Source of the DNA: a virus
Lineage: Duplodnaviria; Heunggongvirae; Uroviricota; Caudoviricetes
Length of the DNA stretch: 64,000 bases
IMG/VR virus record: IMGVR_UViG_3300044673_000278
Coordinates: 32,001 to 96,000 of that record
Direction: 5' to 3' (one strand)
Part shown: positions 27,116-36,413 of the stretch, in pieces
Layout of the letters: every line of letters starts with the position of its first letter
Numbering within the stretch: position 1 is the stretch's first letter
Translations under genes and position numbers: made by a program
The notes under the pieces: generated by a model
What the model saw: only the letters and a program-made list of their open reading frames with translations
Databases searched by the model: none
Told to the model about the DNA's origin: nothing

Positions 27116-27674
27116 TGATCTTACCTGTCCAATTTTTTAGCCAGGCACGTTGCAGTTTTACCATGTCAGCTGCAAGTTCGCCCTGCTCTCTCACAAAGTT
27201 TGCAGTGTAGTCAAACACAGTGGGCTCGGGTAATTGTACTCGAGCAGTGAGTTCGTGTCCCGATCTGTCCCAGGTCTTCAATCCATGCTTGCGAGCAAGA
27301 TGTTGAATCTTTTGATTCTCTGTGATACAGTGCATGTACACAATTTCCACGCCGTGAGTTTTGCCCCAAGAAATCATGTGACTCATTAATTCATCAGCAA
27401 TGCCACGGCCCTGATACTCACGATCCACACTCACTGCCAACTCCCAGTCCGACTCCTCACGTGCCAAGTGACCGAACCCCACAATCTTAGAGTCAGTGTA
27501 GTATGTAAAAATATGATGATCTGCTTGATTGTAAACAATGTTCAAAATCATCTGATCAATGGCTTGAGTGCTGGCAGCATAGCCAAACCGAGTGTATCGA
27601 TCTTCATCGCTAAGGCTTTTTAGATGCTGAGCATATTCAGCAAGATATTCAATTCGAGTGTGTTGTATTTTCAT
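27099..27674 (-). CDS. GNAT acetyltransferase
   Basis: LS..DRY.RF, ELAVSV, YQGRGIA, EN..I..LA. Confidence 0.88.
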   Translation of the reverse strand: MKIQHTRIEYLAEYAQHLKSLSDEDRYTRFGYAASTQAIDQMILNIVYNQADHHIFTYYTDSKIVGFGHLAREESDWELAVSVDREYQGRGIADELMSHMISWGKTHGVEIVYMHCITENQKIQHLARKHGLKTWDRSGHELTARVQLPEPTVFDYTANFVREQGELAADMVKLQRAWLKNWTGKINDHNH

Positions 27675-28044
27675 GGCGTTTTCTATAATCTTCTACAGCC
27701 GCTTTGATTGCATCCTCGGCCAGGATGGAGCAGTGAATTTTTACAGGTGGTAGGGCCAGCTCTTCAGCAATCTCACTGTTCTTAAGGGCAGCAGCTTCGT
27801 CTAGTGTCTTGCCTTTGACCCATTCGGTTACAAGGCTGCTGGATGCAATCGCACTGCCACAACCGTAAGTCTTGAATCGAGCATCAGTGATGATACCATC
27901 TTCTACTCGGATTTGCAGTTTCATTACATCCCCGCAGGCTGGCGCACCTACCATGCCTGTGCCTACGTCAGGATCGTCCTTGGCAAAGGATCCGACATTG
28001 CGTGGATTTTCATAATGATCGACTACTTGTTGCGAATACGCCAT
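27649..28044 (-). CDS. iscU: Fe-S cluster scaffold IscU
   Basis: DHYENPRNVG, ACGD, YGCGSA, LPPVKIHC. Confidence 0.97.
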   Translation of the reverse strand: MAYSQQVVDHYENPRNVGSFAKDDPDVGTGMVGAPACGDVMKLQIRVEDGIITDARFKTYGCGSAIASSSLVTEWVKGKTLDEAAALKNSEIAEELALPPVKIHCSILAEDAIKAAVEDYRKRHENTTHSN

Positions 28045-28101
28045 GAGAAAGCTCCTTATTGAATTATAAGGTATTTACGCTGAATTGTCTAGAGATTTGG
28101 G

Positions 28102-28458
28102 TTAGATGCCGCGATTTTTTTTGGCAGCTTTTTTGGCAGCAGCAGCCACTATGTCCTGGGCTTTGTTAACAGGCATTTGAGTAGGACCTATGTCGGCACC
28201 CTTGAATGTGATTTGATCAGAGTTGGGATCAAAGGGTTCCAACACATTGTTCAATGGCGGCTTGTCAATGATAGCTTGCAAATTGTTGGCATTGATGTTG
28301 ATGCCAAGATTGCGAGCCATTTGTATAAATGCATCCTTGCTGATCTGCTTAGTAGCATTGGTATCTTCGGCACGACCTGCAAGAAACTCTACCAAGCCCA
28401 GGAGTTTGTCTGGGCTTGGAGTAGGAGCAGCAGAAGTGTCAACTTCAAGTATTCGCAT
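28102..28458 (-). CDS. hypothetical late protein
   Basis: 118-aa ORF coupled to the upstream gene. Confidence 0.7.
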   Translation of the reverse strand: MRILEVDTSAAPTPSPDKLLGLVEFLAGRAEDTNATKQISKDAFIQMARNLGININANNLQAIIDKPPLNNVLEPFDPNSDQITFKGADIGPTQMPVNKAQDIVAAAAKKAAKKNRGI

Positions 28459-29372
28459 TATCGACGTGCGCGGCCCAGTACTTCGCCGCCGGCTTCTTCA
28501 TCATCGAGATCGGCACCAGCGTCAGCAGCCACAGCGTCTAGATCGTCTCCGACATCTGCACCAGCTTCGGCGCCAGCAGCAGCACCTAGTTCAGCACCAG
28601 CTTCGGCACCTAGTTCAGCACCCAGAGCAGCGGCACCAGGAGCAGGAGCTTGTCCAGTAACTACACCCAGGGCAGCGTCCATTTGCATCTTGGCTTGTTG
28701 CAGATTTTGCATCAATCCGCTGAGAGCAGCAGAGGCGTCTGTGTTGAATTGTTGAGCTTGATCAATGCCCACTTGATTCTTGATTGAATCAACTAGAGCA
28801 GGCAGCTCTTTGAATTGTAGTTCGGAAACATCTTCTAACATGGCTTGCATTTTGTCAACCATGTCTTGTGCAGCCAACACAACCTGAGCTTGCTGAACTT
28901 CGCTTTCTTTCAGCATTTTGTAAGCACGAGCCAACTTGCTTTCAGTTTTCATCAGTGCAGCACCAGCAACCATCTTTTGCTCGTCGGGTGTTAATGTTTG
29001 ACCTTTGCTGGCCTTGGTCAGTGCAGCCTTGAGTTTGGGATCTTTGGTTGTGGCAATTGTAGCAGCAGCTTGGCCAACTTGCTGTTGTTGAGCAGCGCCA
29101 GGTGCTGTGGGAGCCACAGGAGCCATTTCGGCTAGACGTGCAGTCAGTGCCTGCTCAACCATAACAAGCTTGAGATAACCAGGATTGCGTTCGCTGGTGT
29201 GACGAGCTGTTGAGTTACGGTGTTCGGCAATAACTCCTTGCACACGTTTCAACATGGCCTGTGCTTGTTTAGCAGTCAAGCGTTGAACATCAATGCGACT
29301 TCCAAAGTAACTTTCAAATACTTTGGAAATTTGTTGTGTAGGTTTAGCCGCGGCTATGTCTTGCAGTTTCAT
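28458..29372 (-). CDS. putative head scaffold/core-type protein
   Basis: Helical, acidic Ala/Gly tail, L-x-E sites; TAAATA at 29396-29401; start moved to MKLQD. Confidence 0.55.
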   Translation of the reverse strand: MKLQDIAAAKPTQQISKVFESYFGSRIDVQRLTAKQAQAMLKRVQGVIAEHRNSTARHTSERNPGYLKLVMVEQALTARLAEMAPVAPTAPGAAQQQQVGQAAATIATTKDPKLKAALTKASKGQTLTPDEQKMVAGAALMKTESKLARAYKMLKESEVQQAQVVLAAQDMVDKMQAMLEDVSELQFKELPALVDSIKNQVGIDQAQQFNTDASAALSGLMQNLQQAKMQMDAALGVVTGQAPAPGAAALGAELGAEAGAELGAAAGAEAGADVGDDLDAVAADAGADLDDEEAGGEVLGRARR

Positions 29373-29817
29373 TTGAGAATCCTCTAAGTTGTAGATATTT
29401 AGCCGAATTAACACATTTTTCAAGTTCAGCTTTTATGGTATTTAAGTAACGAATCTTGGGCTCTAGTTTGGTTTCAACTATTTCACTAAACTGCTCTCTC
29501 TTGCTGCGATTGGACATTTGCTGTCTAGCATAGATGTCAGCTGAGAGTTGCGCCTTTTTGGCATCCAGAACACGGATATCAAAACTAAGTTGATGTTGGC
29601 GATAACGTTCTGCTACACACCAACTAATAGCAGTACGTTTGCTGCTGAATGTTGCCACAAAGTCTTCGTAGAGATAAACATCGTAGGAGTTACCATTGGG
29701 TTGTAAATTGTATTTTCCAAACACAAGGTATCCTGGATCCAAAGGAATGATTGCATTGTCCAACACATAACGTGCTGATCTGTGTGCAAAAGATTCTAAT
29801 TTTTGATCGTAAGTCAT
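29344..29817 (-). CDS. hypothetical protein
   Basis: 157-aa ORF, ATGA-coupled. Confidence 0.75.
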   Translation of the reverse strand: MTYDQKLESFAHRSARYVLDNAIIPLDPGYLVFGKYNLQPNGNSYDVYLYEDFVATFSSKRTAISWCVAERYRQHQLSFDIRVLDAKKAQLSADIYARQQMSNRSKREQFSEIVETKLEPKIRYLNTIKAELEKCVNSAKYLQLRGFSNETARHSRG

Positions 29818-30080
29818 TTATTAAAAACGTGTGTGGCCAACAAATAACCAATGACAGTAATCAATGTACCAATGACGCCTATGCCCCAGTTGATTAGCTG
29901 TGTGTTTCTTTTTTCTGCCAACTTGTTTACCAAGTCATGGGTTTTTTCTGATAGTTCTTTGACTTCACAGATGTCTTTTTTTACTTCGGTGAACTGAGTT
30001 TCCAAGGCACGATAACGTTCTGCACAAAGCTCAACGTGTGCTTCTAGGCTTTTCTTTTCAATGTCAGTGGTCTCGGCCAT
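29814..30080 (-). CDS. small coiled-coil protein with C-terminal TM
   Basis: LEAHVELCAERY coiled coil plus TM; GGAG SD. Confidence 0.75.
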   Translation of the reverse strand: MAETTDIEKKSLEAHVELCAERYRALETQFTEVKKDICEVKELSEKTHDLVNKLAEKRNTQLINWGIGVIGTLITVIGYLLATHVFNK

Positions 30081-30085
30081 TTCGT

Positions 30086-30514
30086 TTACTCCAATCCTAT
30101 ATTTATGGTTTCAAACCAAATGTTTTGATCCGTTCCTAGCGCACTCAGCACTGGCTCAATGTCACTGGATTCGTTGAGATTCACAATCATTGGCACACCT
30201 GTGCAGTTTTGTTTCAAACCTCCCAAGGGGTCAGAACTGTTGTTGGCAAACACATCAGCAGATTCCACACGAAATTCAAACTGCCAAACGCCGTCGTTGC
30301 ACTGCGGAGGCACAATGTCTTGCGGTTGTGTATTCAAGCTGATCAACTGCATTATGGTTTCCCAGTTGCGTTGTTGATTTCTAGACTTGTTCCAGTCTGC
30401 AACTTCGTTTATTTTTTGTCCAGCACGATCAACAAAAGGAATCTGCCCAGCCTTGAAGTTGCCGGTGACTCCTGTGTAGGTGCAATCAAACAATGTTTTA
30501 CATATGATCTTCAT
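30086..30514 (-). CDS. hypothetical late protein
   Basis: TAAATA box 6 nt upstream of ATG. Confidence 0.75.
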   Translation of the reverse strand: MKIICKTLFDCTYTGVTGNFKAGQIPFVDRAGQKINEVADWNKSRNQQRNWETIMQLISLNTQPQDIVPPQCNDGVWQFEFRVESADVFANNSSDPLGGLKQNCTGVPMIVNLNESSDIEPVLSALGTDQNIWFETINIGLE

Positions 30515-30531
30515 TGTTGATATTTACGCCC

Positions 30532-30561
30532 AAAAGAAAACCCTGGAATAAATCCAGGGTT
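30532..30561 (-). terminator. rho-independent terminator
   Basis: AACCCTGGA/TCCAGGGTT stem followed by TTCTTTT on the minus strand. Confidence 0.8.
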
Positions 30562-30583
30562 GACTGTTAACTAAGTTTAAAAA

Positions 30584-31000
30584 TTAAACGTTAGTGAATG
30601 TGGCTGAACCAGCAACGTTGGCAGTAGGAATACCAATGTTGAGACCGCCGGTGGCGTTGGCTGTTTGAGCAGCAGCAACCAGGGTAGCGGTGGTGTAAGC
30701 GCCAGTTGGGTAGATAGCAATGTTCAACACAGCAGGTGCGCTAGGTGTAACTTGGTACATAGCGATTGTGCCGTTTTGCTGAATAGCTTGCAGAACGTTG
30801 TTGATGTAACCAGTAGCGTTGGCAGCACCAGAAGCGCTGAGGGCGCTGTTGGCTGTCAAGCTGAAGAAGTCCAGGTGAGGACCGGCAACTTGTACTGGGC
30901 CTTGAGCAGCGATGTTAGCTGTGTTAGCGATTGTACCGTTCTGTACGTCGATGGCAAACACCGGTTGGGTGGTGCCGTTTACTTTAGTGATTTGTGCCAT
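30584..31000 (-). CDS. small A/T/N-rich putative structural protein
   Basis: Perfect TATAAATA (31040-31047), AAGGAG SD and own terminator. Confidence 0.7.
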   Translation of the reverse strand: MAQITKVNGTTQPVFAIDVQNGTIANTANIAAQGPVQVAGPHLDFFSLTANSALSASGAANATGYINNVLQAIQQNGTIAMYQVTPSAPAVLNIAIYPTGAYTTATLVAAAQTANATGGLNIGIPTANVAGSATFTNV

Positions 31001-31065
31001 TTTAAGCTCCTTAATATGTGGTCTCGGTGGACCTGCTTTTATTTATACAACTGACAAAAAAACGG

Positions 31066-32997
31066 TTACTTGGGGTTGTTTCTCTGTCGGTTTTGAGCAG
31101 CAAATGCTTGGGGATCAAAGCGGCTCACAGCCTTGGCATAGCCTGCAGGGGTAGCCATGACCCAGCCTTCTTGTCCAGGATGCTGTGTATCTGCTTGGCG
31201 TAACAAGTCCATTTTGAGTTCGTGCAACAGTTCAAACGCCACAAAAGTTGAAGCCAATGCTTCTTGGTTAGTACTGGGATTTTTGAGATATTCCACAATG
31301 TTGTTGAACTTGCGTGGAGTTACTCTGCCTTGCAGCCACTCGCCAAATTCCACAATAAGCTTGTTGGCTGGGTCCAATGGGCCGCCTACTTTGGTGTTGA
31401 TAAAATCCACAGCCAATTTAAACAAGTCAGTGACTTGTTGTGCTCGCAGCTCAGCAGGGTTAAACAATGCTTTCATGTTTGCGCCCTGTGTTCTTGCAAT
31501 GGTTTTTAACTGCTTGACAATGGCTTGATTTAACTCAAGTGTGTTTGGGGTAGCAGGACGCTCCAGCATCAAACCTGGAACATCGTTGAACTTGACTCCG
31601 CTCAGGGGTTGACGTGGTTCACCTGCATCAGCATACATGGAGTGTACTGCAACACCAATGTTGCTGTTGCCTATGCGTTGACCCAAGGAACTTTTTACAG
31701 GAATCTTGTATGTCACAGTGTTGGGGCGGAACACATAGTTGCCTGCTTCAACAGGAGGCGTGTCCATGTACAGCAAATCACCCTTGACGTAGCCACGGAA
31801 GTTGGTGGGCAAACTGGCTTCCAGCACTGGCCACAGTGTCTTATACAAGTTGATTAGGCCTTCGCGTTCACCTGCACGTCGACGCTGTATGTCAGCCATC
31901 ATGGCAGGGCTGGTAGCAAGACCATCATAGCCTTTGGCTTCAAAACCTGATCCGTCAGTGAGTACAAATTCACCTGTGGAGGGCTTGCGTCCCCAGATCA
32001 CAGCAGGCTTGCCGTCCCATTTGGCTGTGACAGTTCGGGGCTGCTCTGTGGCATGTTGAGCAATGTCCAGAGCTTGTGTGATACCTGCTGCACCGTGACG
32101 GAACACAAGATCTTCCAAGTGTTCAATGCCCTTGGCTCTGCCACCCACTCCGCCTGCTTCTGCTTCGTACAGTCGATATGGGTTGGCTGAATCTGCTTCG
32201 ATCAGCGGGGTCATGCCTTGGTTCACAATACGATCACGCAGACGTGCAAGGAAGCCCACGTCGCTTTCGCTTACAGTGTCGGGCTCTTTGACACCTTCGC
32301 GGGCTAGATATTCACGGAAGTCTTTGAGTTTGGCATCACGATCGGGATGATTGGCCAGGGCTTTGTAAATGCTTTCAACGTTTTTCAAATTGCCACGCTT
32401 CATGCCTGGGCCCAACAGTATTTCTGCTGCGCGGTCAGGGTCCATGGTAATCACGTTGTCTGTGGTTCTGCTGGTAATGCCCTTGGCACTGGCCTTGAGT
32501 CCCTGTGCTTTGGCAATAGAGCTCATCAGCACATTTCTAAACATGCCTTTGTATTGAGAGTCCACACCACCTGCCAGGAAAAATGCACCCCAGTCAACAT
32601 TGGGCATGAACATGAAATCTGTTTGTACAAACCCGTTGTTGGCATCGCCGCCAATAGGGGTTTTGAAATGCACCGCTTCACCGCTCATGCGAACAAAGTC
32701 TCTGGGATCTTGCTTTTGCTGTGTGACATAACGGTCCAGGGCTGCTTTGAGTTCGGGCTTGGTAATCTTGCTGGTTTCTACAGCTAGGTCCAAGTCGCCG
32801 GAGTCGGGCTTTTTGCCTGTGCTGCCCAACCATTTGGTGGGATAGCCTGTGGCAGGGTCTGTTTCGCCGTGTAGATCCAAATTGGTAACAGATTCCAACC
32901 AGTTGATTGTGTCAGGAATTTCAGCCTGTTTGATGCGTCGGGTCAGCGGTACACCCATTTTGTCTTTGAATACATTGCCGCCTTCGAATATGTTCAT
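31066..32997 (-). CDS. fusion of a Pol-beta-type nucleotidyltransferase domain and a DUF6267/ligase-like domain
   Basis: LGSTGKK..SGDLDLAV and VQTDF; then HLEDL, TAKWDGKPA, KGDLLY, EGWV; start moved to MNIFEGG. Confidence 0.7.
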   Translation of the reverse strand: MNIFEGGNVFKDKMGVPLTRRIKQAEIPDTINWLESVTNLDLHGETDPATGYPTKWLGSTGKKPDSGDLDLAVETSKITKPELKAALDRYVTQQKQDPRDFVRMSGEAVHFKTPIGGDANNGFVQTDFMFMPNVDWGAFFLAGGVDSQYKGMFRNVLMSSIAKAQGLKASAKGITSRTTDNVITMDPDRAAEILLGPGMKRGNLKNVESIYKALANHPDRDAKLKDFREYLAREGVKEPDTVSESDVGFLARLRDRIVNQGMTPLIEADSANPYRLYEAEAGGVGGRAKGIEHLEDLVFRHGAAGITQALDIAQHATEQPRTVTAKWDGKPAVIWGRKPSTGEFVLTDGSGFEAKGYDGLATSPAMMADIQRRRAGEREGLINLYKTLWPVLEASLPTNFRGYVKGDLLYMDTPPVEAGNYVFRPNTVTYKIPVKSSLGQRIGNSNIGVAVHSMYADAGEPRQPLSGVKFNDVPGLMLERPATPNTLELNQAIVKQLKTIARTQGANMKALFNPAELRAQQVTDLFKLAVDFINTKVGGPLDPANKLIVEFGEWLQGRVTPRKFNNIVEYLKNPSTNQEALASTFVAFELLHELKMDLLRQADTQHPGQEGWVMATPAGYAKAVSRFDPQAFAAQNRQRNNPK

Positions 32998-32998
32998 G

Positions 32999-33247
32999 TT
33001 AACTGTCCAAGTGTGTACGTTTGACTGATCTGGAAAACTTGCCAGCATCCTTGGATCTAATGGCATTCAGCAGTTTGCGAGTTAGATTTTCTGCTTGTTC
33101 AGAGGAATATTCTGCTTCGATCTGTTCGATAAGACGAATAGCAGACTGTATAACATTGGTAGCACGATTCTCGATCAGTATTTTACGATCGCGCTCAATG
33201 TACAAACTATCTAATTCTTCTAGCAAACTGCGGGTCTTTTTTTGCAT
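32999..33247 (-). CDS. hypothetical late protein
   Basis: 82-aa helical ORF; TAAATA at 33268-33273. Confidence 0.75.
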   Translation of the reverse strand: MQKKTRSLLEELDSLYIERDRKILIENRATNVIQSAIRLIEQIEAEYSSEQAENLTRKLLNAIRSKDAGKFSRSVKRTHLDS

Positions 33248-33321
33248 GGTTTCGGGGACCTTTGTATTATTTAGCGATTCTGGGCTGGGAATAAATATCT
33301 AATGCTCCACAAGGATATCTT

Positions 33322-34950
33322 ATGACCAGTCAAATCAATCCCAACAACATCGATGGGACTTACCCAGTAGCCGGCGTGCCCAACAACACGCAAGGCATGC
33401 GTGACAATTTTACTAATACTAGAACAAATTTTCAATATGCAGCGGACGAAATAACCGAGCTTCAGAGCAAAGCCCTGCTCAAAGCTGCTATCACCGGAAC
33501 CACTCTTGACAACAACATGAACAATCAAGAGATCTATGCTGTTCAATTGCGTGATCTCAGTTATGCATATTCTCAACTCACAGCCACTGCTGGCACAGTT
33601 AACATTGACTTTTCTGTGGGCCAATTTCAACAAATCAATCCTTCTGCACCTGTAAGTTTGAATTTTTCAAACTGGCCCACAGCAGGCACAGCAGGCTTGC
33701 TGTATCTTTTGATCAACATTACCAATGTAAGTCAAACTGTTACATTCCCCGCAGCAGTAAATCGCGGAATTGAAAAGATTGCTGGATCTCTGCCCGGCAC
33801 AGCCGGAGTATCCAATACTGTTACTTTTGGTGCAACAGGTTATTATGCATTTCAACTTTTGAGCACAGACGGTGGCGCCAATATCTGGATTTTTGATGAT
33901 GTTCGGCCCCCAGATACCTTTACATCCAACATTACCATTGCCAACACTTCTGTGAGCACTAGTACCAGTACTGGCGCCTTGGTAGTAACCGGTGGCACTG
34001 GTATGCAAGGCAATCTCAATGTGGGCGGCAACTTGAGAACTTACACCAGTGGTGGCAACATTGCATTCCAAGCCGATGTCAATGGGTTTGTCACTATCAA
34101 TGCCCCCACTGTTCCTGCCAACACCACAGGTGCATTGCAGGTAGTGGGCAGTGCAGGTGGTGCTTATCAACCAATTCTCAATGCCGGCGGTATGGTACAC
34201 GTAACCGGCAATGACGGTTCTGCATCTAGAATTACCAACGACAGTTTTGGTGCTGCTGCCAATGCTTATCCCCTAATGGTCCAACGTCGTGGTCGTGGCA
34301 CTGCTGCCTCGCCAACTGCTGTGCAAAGCGGGGATATACTGGCTCGCTACGGCGGAACTGGCTATGGCAACGTTGGTTATGTATTGGCTGCTGGTAACGT
34401 TGCGACCAACACTATGGATGTTGTGGCCTTAGAAAACTACACCACAGCCAATGGCGGCGCCTCTTTTCAATTCTACACTAGCCAAATTGGTGTGGTCAAC
34501 CGTACGCTCAGTGCCAACATCACTGCCAACGTTACCACATTCCCTGCCAACGTAGCCGCGGCCAACGTTGTGGTTTCTGGCACAGGCGGTGTATTCCTTG
34601 TCGACGGCGGCACCATGGGTTACGGTGCGGGTGCAGGTGGTACTGTGAGTCAAACTGGTAACAAGAGTTCAGGTGTTACATTGAACAAGCCCGCAGGCGA
34701 AATTACCATGCAAAACACAGCATTGGGTGCCGATGCTACAGTTCAATTTACTCTAACCAACAGCGCCATTGGCGCCCGAGATGTGTTGTTAATGAACATT
34801 GTAGGTGGCGTTGCTACAGGTGCTGCATACAACCTGGATGCCAACTGTTCTGCAGGTTCTGCTGTTGTCAGTGTGCGAAACATCACCGGCGGCTCGCTGA
34901 GCGAAGCTATTGTGCTGCGCTTTGTTGTGATCAAAGGATCAATTACTTAA
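33322..34950 (+). CDS. tail fibre-like virion protein
   Basis: MTSQINPNNID..YPVAG..N.TQG.RDNF; STSTSTGALVVTGG..GNLNVGG fibre motif; G/T/N/A-rich. Confidence 0.75.
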   Translation: MTSQINPNNIDGTYPVAGVPNNTQGMRDNFTNTRTNFQYAADEITELQSKALLKAAITGTTLDNNMNNQEIYAVQLRDLSYAYSQLTATAGTVNIDFSVGQFQQINPSAPVSLNFSNWPTAGTAGLLYLLINITNVSQTVTFPAAVNRGIEKIAGSLPGTAGVSNTVTFGATGYYAFQLLSTDGGANIWIFDDVRPPDTFTSNITIANTSVSTSTSTGALVVTGGTGMQGNLNVGGNLRTYTSGGNIAFQADVNGFVTINAPTVPANTTGALQVVGSAGGAYQPILNAGGMVHVTGNDGSASRITNDSFGAAANAYPLMVQRRGRGTAASPTAVQSGDILARYGGTGYGNVGYVLAAGNVATNTMDVVALENYTTANGGASFQFYTSQIGVVNRTLSANITANVTTFPANVAAANVVVSGTGGVFLVDGGTMGYGAGAGGTVSQTGNKSSGVTLNKPAGEITMQNTALGADATVQFTLTNSAIGARDVLLMNIVGGVATGAAYNLDANCSAGSAVVSVRNITGGSLSEAIVLRFVVIKGSIT

Positions 34951-36413
34951 CCAGTTTTGATCTTGCCCAACAACTGCTTGAGTTTGGCACTTTGAACATC
35001 AGCAGTGACTTTGGGCGCATCATCTAACTGGGCCATGGGCTTGTCCCAGGCATGTGTTCCCCCGGTAGGTTTTTCCCAACCCGGGGGTTTTTCTTCTCCG
35101 CCTTCTGCAGGCTTTACACTGGCCTTGGCTTTGATTGCTTCCATTACGCTGGGCTTGGGGCCTCCACGGAAAGTGTCTTGCTCGTCGCCGCCTGCGTCAG
35201 TGATGCGCATGGTATCAATGTTGTACTCTAAATCGATCTTCTGTCCCACGCCTGTGGAACTACGACTCTTCATACACTGAATCTGATACTTGCCACGCTC
35301 TTTCATAGCACGACTTGTAAAGATACCAAACACGTTGTCTGCTGTGTTGATCTTACTAATACCACCTGAAATATGACTGTGGTCAAATTCAATTTCTTCC
35401 ACAGCTGATCGATTCAACTGCGATGCTGTTACCAGCAAGATGCCCAGCTCTTTGGCCAAGTTACGCAGTTCTTCAGAAACATACTTGTCCTTAACAAACA
35501 AGTCGTTGGGGCTGACTTTTGCACTCACAGGCATCAACAAGTCCAAGTAGTCTACCATCATAAAGTCTACTTTGTGCCCGGTCTTGATCTGATACTCTTT
35601 TAAAAACGCACGGATATCGTTGATATTGCTCTGTGCTGGCAATGCTTTGACTTGATAGCTACCTGCTTTCTTGCCCACCATTTTGACTTTGAGTGCTGCT
35701 GTGGATTTGTCCTTGCGAATGTCTTTGGTTGACATGTCAGTCAACATGGCCGCGGTACGCAAGCCAGTTAGCTCTTCTGAAAGTTCTAAACTGATATATA
35801 CACCATGTAGTCCCATTTGCACCCAGTTCAGTGCAATGTTCATCATCACTAGACTCTTACCAGAACCCGAGCCACCAGCAAAGATGTTGAGTTCGCCTCG
35901 ACTGAATCCGCCATACAGCAATCTGTCCACTTGTGGCCAACCTGTGCTTACCTGTCCACCTGCATCAAAGTACTTGGTGAACATGCCTTCGGGATCAGCC
36001 CAAAAGTCTGTGCCAAGATCCTTGGTCAACGAGATCTGCACAGCATCCTTGACCAGTTTCTCCACTGGTTCAAACTCGCCTTTTTCCAACAAGTCTGCTG
36101 CTTTTAAGATCGCACGTTCCAGTTCTTGACGCTTGGTAAAGCCTTCAAACTCTTCCATGAACCAGTTGTAGTGACCCTCGTTGAGATCTGGCACTGGTTG
36201 TAGTTTGATACCTGTGGCTGCTGCAATCTGTGTTCGGTCTGGCAGTGTACTGAACTTGGCACTGTGTTCTTTGATAAACTCTGCTGCCTTGCGCAGACTG
36301 CGGTCAAAGTTTTCTGGATTGTAGATATTCTGAACACGCACATAGCTCTGTGCATCTTCTAACATCATTTCCAGGAACAGTCTCTGTACGTCAACTCCGT
36401 AGTCTTTTAACAA
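34947..36413 (-). CDS. DnaB-family replicative helicase (gp41-like)
   Basis: GGSGSGKS, SLELSE, VDYLDL, TASQLNR, MKSR. Confidence 0.95.
   Translation of the reverse strand: MLKDYGVDVQRLFLEMMLEDAQSYVRVQNIYNPENFDRSLRKAAEFIKEHSAKFSTLPDRTQIAAATGIKLQPVPDLNEGHYNWFMEEFEGFTKRQELERAILKAADLLEKGEFEPVEKLVKDAVQISLTKDLGTDFWADPEGMFTKYFDAGGQVSTGWPQVDRLLYGGFSRGELNIFAGGSGSGKSLVMMNIALNWVQMGLHGVYISLELSEELTGLRTAAMLTDMSTKDIRKDKSTAALKVKMVGKKAGSYQVKALPAQSNINDIRAFLKEYQIKTGHKVDFMMVDYLDLLMPVSAKVSPNDLFVKDKYVSEELRNLAKELGILLVTASQLNRSAVEEIEFDHSHISGGISKINTADNVFGIFTSRAMKERGKYQIQCMKSRSSTGVGQKIDLEYNIDTMRITDAGGDEQDTFRGGPKPSVMEAIKAKASVKPAEGGEEKPPGWEKPTGGTHAWDKPMAQLDDAPKVTADVQSAKLKQLLGKIKTG

Noticed and set aside
28480-28660. GCA/CCA-rich tandem repeats
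   Set aside because: Low-complexity coding sequence for an Ala/Gly/Glu protein tail
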